From contig CAYLXL010000001.1 in NCBI GenBank assembly GCA_964387745.1, positions 1,136-65,135 of the forward strand: DNA of 64,000 nt, given 5' to 3'. Source of the stretch: an uncultured Gammaproteobacteria bacterium. Lineage in GTDB: Bacteria > Pseudomonadota > Gammaproteobacteria > JAGOUU01. The position numbers and the translations under genes are program-made. This document shows, in pieces, positions 59,397 through 64,000 of this stretch (the first letter of the stretch is position 1; every line of letters begins with the position of its first letter). The notes under the pieces are model-generated. The model saw only the letters and a program-made list of their open reading frames with translations, was not told the origin of the DNA and did not search any database.

Positions 59397-60302
59397 ATGA
59401 CATACTTATATGACACGCTTATGAGATATTTTAAGAACTATCTTAAATTGATACGATTTGATAAACCTATCGGTACTTTATTATTACTTTGGCCAACATT
59501 GTGGGGGCTATGGGTTGCAAGTCAAGGTGTACCCAATTATTGGTTAGTAGTAGTTTTTATTGTTGGTGTTTTCTTAATGCGATCGGCAGGTTGTATTATT
59601 AATGATATTTGCGATAGAAACTTCGATGGCTTTGTGGCGAGAACAAAAGATAGACCTTTGGTAACTAATCAGTACAAAGATAGAGTGAGTCTAACTGAAG
59701 CAGTTATACTGACCATGGTTTTTATATTACTCGCTTTTTTATTAGTCTTAAGTCTGCAAAATCAAAAGTTAATAATGCATTCAGTAATAGCTTTGCTACT
59801 AGCTAGCATTTATCCTTGTTGCAAAAGATTCTTTGCCTGCCCGCAATTCGTTTTGGGGTTAGCTTTTGGTTATGGCATACCCATGACATTTATAGCCGTC
59901 AGGGGCGAGATATCTTCTATAGCTTGGTTGTTGTATACTGCTAGTGTCATATTGACTGTTATTTATGATAGTTTTTATGCTATGACGGATATAGAAGATG
60001 ATTCTGTGTTGGGCCTGAAATCTTCTGTTATATGGTTTGGTAAATATAATCTGTATATAATTGCAGCATTGCAATTCAGTTTTATATTGAATTTGATTAT
60101 TATAAGCTATATATTAAAGTTTAAAGCTTATTATTGTGCAATTTTTCTGGTATTGTTATTGTTTATTTATCAATTAAAATTAGTAAATTCTAATCAACCA
60201 AAGAGTACTATCCGAGCTTTTAAAAACAGTAATTGGATAGGTCTTATAATTTTTATAGGTTTTGTAGTTGAGTATCTAGGAGTTAGCGCATGGCTATATT
60301 AG
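59397..60302 (+). CDS. ubiA: 4-hydroxybenzoate octaprenyltransferase
   Basis: 301 aa. UbiA prenyltransferase motifs NDICDRNFD and YAMTDIEDD. Confidence 0.9.
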   Translation: MTYLYDTLMRYFKNYLKLIRFDKPIGTLLLLWPTLWGLWVASQGVPNYWLVVVFIVGVFLMRSAGCIINDICDRNFDGFVARTKDRPLVTNQYKDRVSLTEAVILTMVFILLAFLLVLSLQNQKLIMHSVIALLLASIYPCCKRFFACPQFVLGLAFGYGIPMTFIAVRGEISSIAWLLYTASVILTVIYDSFYAMTDIEDDSVLGLKSSVIWFGKYNLYIIAALQFSFILNLIIISYILKFKAYYCAIFLVLLLFIYQLKLVNSNQPKSTIRAFKNSNWIGLIIFIGFVVEYLGVSAWLY

Positions 60303-61486
60303 CAATGCAAGATGTAACATTAAAGGACAAAGTTGTCATGATCAGAGAGGATTTTAACGTTCCTCTTAAAGATGGTCGAGTTGCTAATGATAAAAGAATA
60401 ATGGCGACCTTGCCGACTATTCGCTATGCTTTAGACCAAGGTGCGCAAGTGATACTGGTTTCTCATTTAGGGAGACCTAAAGAAGGTATTTATGATCCAG
60501 CTTTATCACTTGAGCCGGTTGCTGATCTATTAACAAGTAGATTAAAACAGAAAGTAGTTTTAATAAAAGACTGGCTAAATGATTTTAGTATCAAGAATTA
60601 TAATAAGACAGATATTATTTTATTAGAAAATATTCGCTTTTGTGAAGGGGAAGATGATAACAGCCCTGTTCTAGCTAAAAAATTAAGTGATTTATGTGAT
60701 GTTTTTGTAATGGATGCTTTTGCTTGCAGTCATCGAAAACAAGCATCTACTTACGGGGTTATCGAACAAGCTAAATTGGTTTGTGCTGGCCCATTGCTAT
60801 TATCAGAATTAGAGGCTCTTGAAAGGGCTTTAAAAAATCCTGCTCGTCCATTAATTGCTATTGTTGGTGGTTCAAAAGTATCAACAAAATTAAGTGTTTT
60901 ATTAAACTTATCTAAAAAAGTTGATAAATTAATAGTTGGTGGTGGCATAGCTAATACTTTTATTGCAGCCAGTGGTTTAGCAATAGGTAAGTCATTATAT
61001 GAGCCTGCGCAATTGACTATAGCCCGAACATTGTTACAAGAAATGAATGAACGTGGTAGACCAATTACTCTGCCAGTTGATGTGGTGGTTGCTAATGAGT
61101 TATCAGAAAATGCTGTAGCTCAAATCAAACCGATAAATCGCGTTGATAAAGATGATATGATTTTAGATGTGGGGCCGGATACTATTAAGACGTTGCGTAG
61201 AGATCTTGAAGGAGCAGGCACCATTATTTGGAATGGCCCAATTGGCGTTTTTGAATATGAACAATTCTCTGCTGGTACTGGTGCTATGGCGATGAGCATT
61301 GCTAATAGTAAAGCTTTTTCGATTGCAGGTGGGGGAGATACGCTTGCTGCTATCGATAAATATGAAATTGACAGTAAAATTGGATATATCTCTACCGGTG
61401 GCGGAGCTTTTTTAGAATTCGTTGAAGGGAAAAAATTACCATCAATTAGCATATTGGAACAAAGATGCCAAGACGTACTAAAATAG
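60290..61486 (+). CDS. pgk: phosphoglycerate kinase
   Basis: 398 aa. DFNVPLKDGRV, SHLGRPKEG and the GGGDT-type C-terminal motif (IAGGGDT). Confidence 0.9.
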   Translation: MAILAMQDVTLKDKVVMIREDFNVPLKDGRVANDKRIMATLPTIRYALDQGAQVILVSHLGRPKEGIYDPALSLEPVADLLTSRLKQKVVLIKDWLNDFSIKNYNKTDIILLENIRFCEGEDDNSPVLAKKLSDLCDVFVMDAFACSHRKQASTYGVIEQAKLVCAGPLLLSELEALERALKNPARPLIAIVGGSKVSTKLSVLLNLSKKVDKLIVGGGIANTFIAASGLAIGKSLYEPAQLTIARTLLQEMNERGRPITLPVDVVVANELSENAVAQIKPINRVDKDDMILDVGPDTIKTLRRDLEGAGTIIWNGPIGVFEYEQFSAGTGAMAMSIANSKAFSIAGGGDTLAAIDKYEIDSKIGYISTGGGAFLEFVEGKKLPSISILEQRCQDVLK

Positions 61487-62898
61487 TTGCGACCCTGGGT
61501 CCTGCAACCGATAATGAACAAGTGCTAAAAAATTTACTGTTAGCAGGAGTTGATGTTGTACGTATCAATTGTTCACACGGGACAACGCAAGACCAAATCA
61601 ACAGAATAATGGCGGTAAAAAATATAGCAAAAAATAATAATCTTGATGTTGCTGTATTACTCGATCTACAAGGTCCAAAGATAAGAATCGCTAAATTTAA
61701 AAATAATTCTATAGTTTTAGAAAGCAATGCAATATTTACTTTAGATGCAGGTCTTGATGAGAGCGACGGCGATGAGCACCAAGTAGGGATTGATTACAAA
61801 AGTTTACCTAAAGAATTAAAAGCAGGTGACAAATTATTGCTAGACGATGGCCGTATTTCATTAGAAGTACGAAGCGTAAATAATAACAAAATTAACTGCC
61901 GTGTTATCAATGGTGGAGTTTTAACGAATAATAAAGGCATTAATTTATTGGGTGGTGGTTTAAGTGGTGATGTTTTATCTGATAAAGATAAAGAAGATAT
62001 TAAATTAGCCGGTAAATATGATGTTGATTATGTGGCTTTGTCCTTTGTACGTAACAAAGCAGACATAGATAAAGCAAAAAAATTATTATTAGCTAGTGGC
62101 AGTTCAGCTGGCATCATTGCCAAAATAGAACGTGCAGAGGCAATTACAGCATTAGATGAAATTATTAAAGCCTCTAGTGGGGTAATGGTTGCTCGCGGTG
62201 ATTTAGGTGTAGAAATTGGTGATGCTGAATTACCAGCGGTTCAGAAAAAAATTATTAATCGTGCTAGAGCTTTAGATAAAGTTGTCATTACCGCTACACA
62301 GATGATGGAGTCAATGGTGGATAATCTGACGCCTACTCGTGCAGAAGTTTTTGATGTTGCTAATGCAGTGATTGATGGCGCTGATGCAGTTATGTTATCA
62401 GCAGAAACTGCAACTGGTAAACACCCTGTAGAGGTTGTGCAAGCAATGGCGCGTATTTGCGTTGGGGCTGAAAAGTACCATGCCAGTATAAGTTCAAGAC
62501 ATCGTATAGAATGCACTTTTGAACGTGCTGATGAAGCAGTTGCAATGGCGGCTATGTATGTTGCGAATCATCTAGACGTCAAAGCTATTATTGCAATTAC
62601 TGAAACAGGTGCAACACCTTTATGGATGTCTCGGATAAGATCAGGTATACCAATTTATGGGTTTAGTAGATTCGAAAAAACTATTCTAAAAATGAAGCTA
62701 TTTAGAGGAGTTTATCCGATTCGTTTTGATCTTACTAAGCAAAAACGAGATATGGTTAATAAAAATGCAATTGAAGAATTAATTAAGCTTAAAGTCGTAA
62801 AAAAAAATGACTGGATAGTTATGGCTCGGGGTGATTTCGTTGGCATTGAAGGCGGATGTAATACTTTAAAAATTTTAAAAGTAGGCGATATAAATTAA
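61465..62898 (+). CDS. pyk: pyruvate kinase
   Basis: 477 aa. TKIVATLGPA, MVARGDLGVEI and the body of the Pyk family. Confidence 0.9.
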   Translation: MPRRTKIVATLGPATDNEQVLKNLLLAGVDVVRINCSHGTTQDQINRIMAVKNIAKNNNLDVAVLLDLQGPKIRIAKFKNNSIVLESNAIFTLDAGLDESDGDEHQVGIDYKSLPKELKAGDKLLLDDGRISLEVRSVNNNKINCRVINGGVLTNNKGINLLGGGLSGDVLSDKDKEDIKLAGKYDVDYVALSFVRNKADIDKAKKLLLASGSSAGIIAKIERAEAITALDEIIKASSGVMVARGDLGVEIGDAELPAVQKKIINRARALDKVVITATQMMESMVDNLTPTRAEVFDVANAVIDGADAVMLSAETATGKHPVEVVQAMARICVGAEKYHASISSRHRIECTFERADEAVAMAAMYVANHLDVKAIIAITETGATPLWMSRIRSGIPIYGFSRFEKTILKMKLFRGVYPIRFDLTKQKRDMVNKNAIEELIKLKVVKKNDWIVMARGDFVGIEGGCNTLKILKVGDIN

Positions 62899-62923
62899 GT
62901 AACGTAAATATTAGGAGTTTGAA

Positions 62924-63991
62924 ATGGCGTTAATTACAATGCGGCAGTTATTAGATCATGCAGCAGAAAACAACTATGGTGTGCCGGCATTTAATGTTAA
63001 CAATCTAGAACAAATGCGAGCGATCATGTTGGCCGCACAAGAGACTAGAAGTCCAGTTATAGTACAAGCTTCAGCGGGAGCAAGAAAATACGCAGGTCCT
63101 AGATTTCTAAAATATTTAATTACCGCTGCCGTAGAAGAGTTTCCAGATATCCCTGTTTGTATGCATCAAGATCATGGTGGTTCACCTGCAGTGTGCCAGC
63201 AATCAATACAACTGGGTTTTACCTCTGTGATGATGGACGGTTCTCTGAATGAAGATATGAAAACACCATCTACTTATGAATATAATGTTGCTACTACTAA
63301 ATTAGCGGTAGATATGGCGCATGCTTGTGGTGTATCTGTCGAAGGTGAGCTTGGTTGTTTAGGATCATTAGAAACGATGAAGGCCGATAAAGAAGATGGA
63401 TCGGGTGCTGATGGTGTATTATCCAAAGAACAATTATTAACTGATCCGGAACAATCAGCAGATTTCGTTAAAAAAACTAAAGTGGATGCTTTAGCTATCG
63501 CCATTGGTACGAGTCATGGTGCTTATAAGTTTTCTAGACCACCTACAGGTGATATCTTAGCAATAGAAAGAATCAAACAAATTCACAAAAGAATTCCTAA
63601 TACTCATTTGGTTATGCATGGATCATCTTCTGTTCCACAAGAATGGTTAGATATTATTAATAACTATGGTGGTGATATGGGCAAAACTTATGGGGTGCCA
63701 GTAACGGAAATTCAGCAAGGTATTAAACACGGCGTACGCAAAGTTAATATTGATACAGATTTAAGAATGGCTAGCACTGGTGCTATTAGAAAATTCTTAG
63801 CCGAGTATCCAGCAGAATTTGATCCTAGAAAATATTTAGGGGTAGCAACCAAAGCAATGACTGAAATCTGTAAGGCTCGTTATATTGCTTTTGGCGCTGA
63901 AGGCCAAGCAGAACGTATTAAGCCGTTATCTGTCGAAGAAATGGCGACGTTATATGCTAAAGGGAAATTAGATCCTGTAATTAATAATTAA
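62924..63991 (+). CDS. fba: fructose-bisphosphate aldolase, class II
   Basis: 355 aa. [15 protein letters not shown], and the Zn-binding His pattern of class II Fba. Confidence 0.9.
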   Translation: MALITMRQLLDHAAENNYGVPAFNVNNLEQMRAIMLAAQETRSPVIVQASAGARKYAGPRFLKYLITAAVEEFPDIPVCMHQDHGGSPAVCQQSIQLGFTSVMMDGSLNEDMKTPSTYEYNVATTKLAVDMAHACGVSVEGELGCLGSLETMKADKEDGSGADGVLSKEQLLTDPEQSADFVKKTKVDALAIAIGTSHGAYKFSRPPTGDILAIERIKQIHKRIPNTHLVMHGSSSVPQEWLDIINNYGGDMGKTYGVPVTEIQQGIKHGVRKVNIDTDLRMASTGAIRKFLAEYPAEFDPRKYLGVATKAMTEICKARYIAFGAEGQAERIKPLSVEEMATLYAKGKLDPVINN

Positions 63992-64000
63992 TATATACAA

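Overview
This 64 kb window is an AT-rich gammaproteobacterial chromosome segment (GC judged by eye at roughly mid-30s %, not computed). Its gene content resembles Legionellales or similar intracellular bacteria. Most of it is densely packed housekeeping genes. These include rpiA, malic enzyme, mdh, mutY, a signal-peptide katG, yjgA, ogt, yggX, asmA, ispB, ctpA, envC-like, gpmI, secB, gpsA, trmL, deaD, zapA, two-subunit pyruvate carboxylase, fdxA, udk, nupC, ubiCA and pgk-pyk-fba. I found two tRNAs, both on the minus strand: tRNA-Phe(GAA) and tRNA-Lys(CUU). A likely 6S RNA (ssrS) lies upstream of the 5-formyl-THF cyclo-ligase gene. The most unusual locus spans about 35.8-44.7 kb. It sits between zapA and the ssrS-fau pair, which are adjacent in many gammaproteobacteria. 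It holds three paralogous COG1373-type ATPases, each carrying a C-terminal PD-(D/E)xK-like motif that I can see in the sequence. These flank a two-gene cassette: a 351-aa hypothetical and a 1139-aa protein with about 11.5 near-identical 46-aa (138 bp) tandem repeats. Upstream of the first ATPase is a triple inverted-repeat array. Other accessory-looking elements are a hicAB toxin-antitoxin pair abutting tRNA-Lys and a Bro-N/DinD-like gene abutting tRNA-Phe with a low-density hypothetical region beside it. There is also a WipA/WipB-like calcineurin-fold phosphatase (candidate effector) and a bilobed-hydrophobic coiled-coil membrane protein. A DEAD-box helicase carries a tandem RGG/RS-type repeat tail, and a GC-rich inverted-repeat element lies between secB and gpsA. 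I saw no CRISPR array, integrase or transposase.
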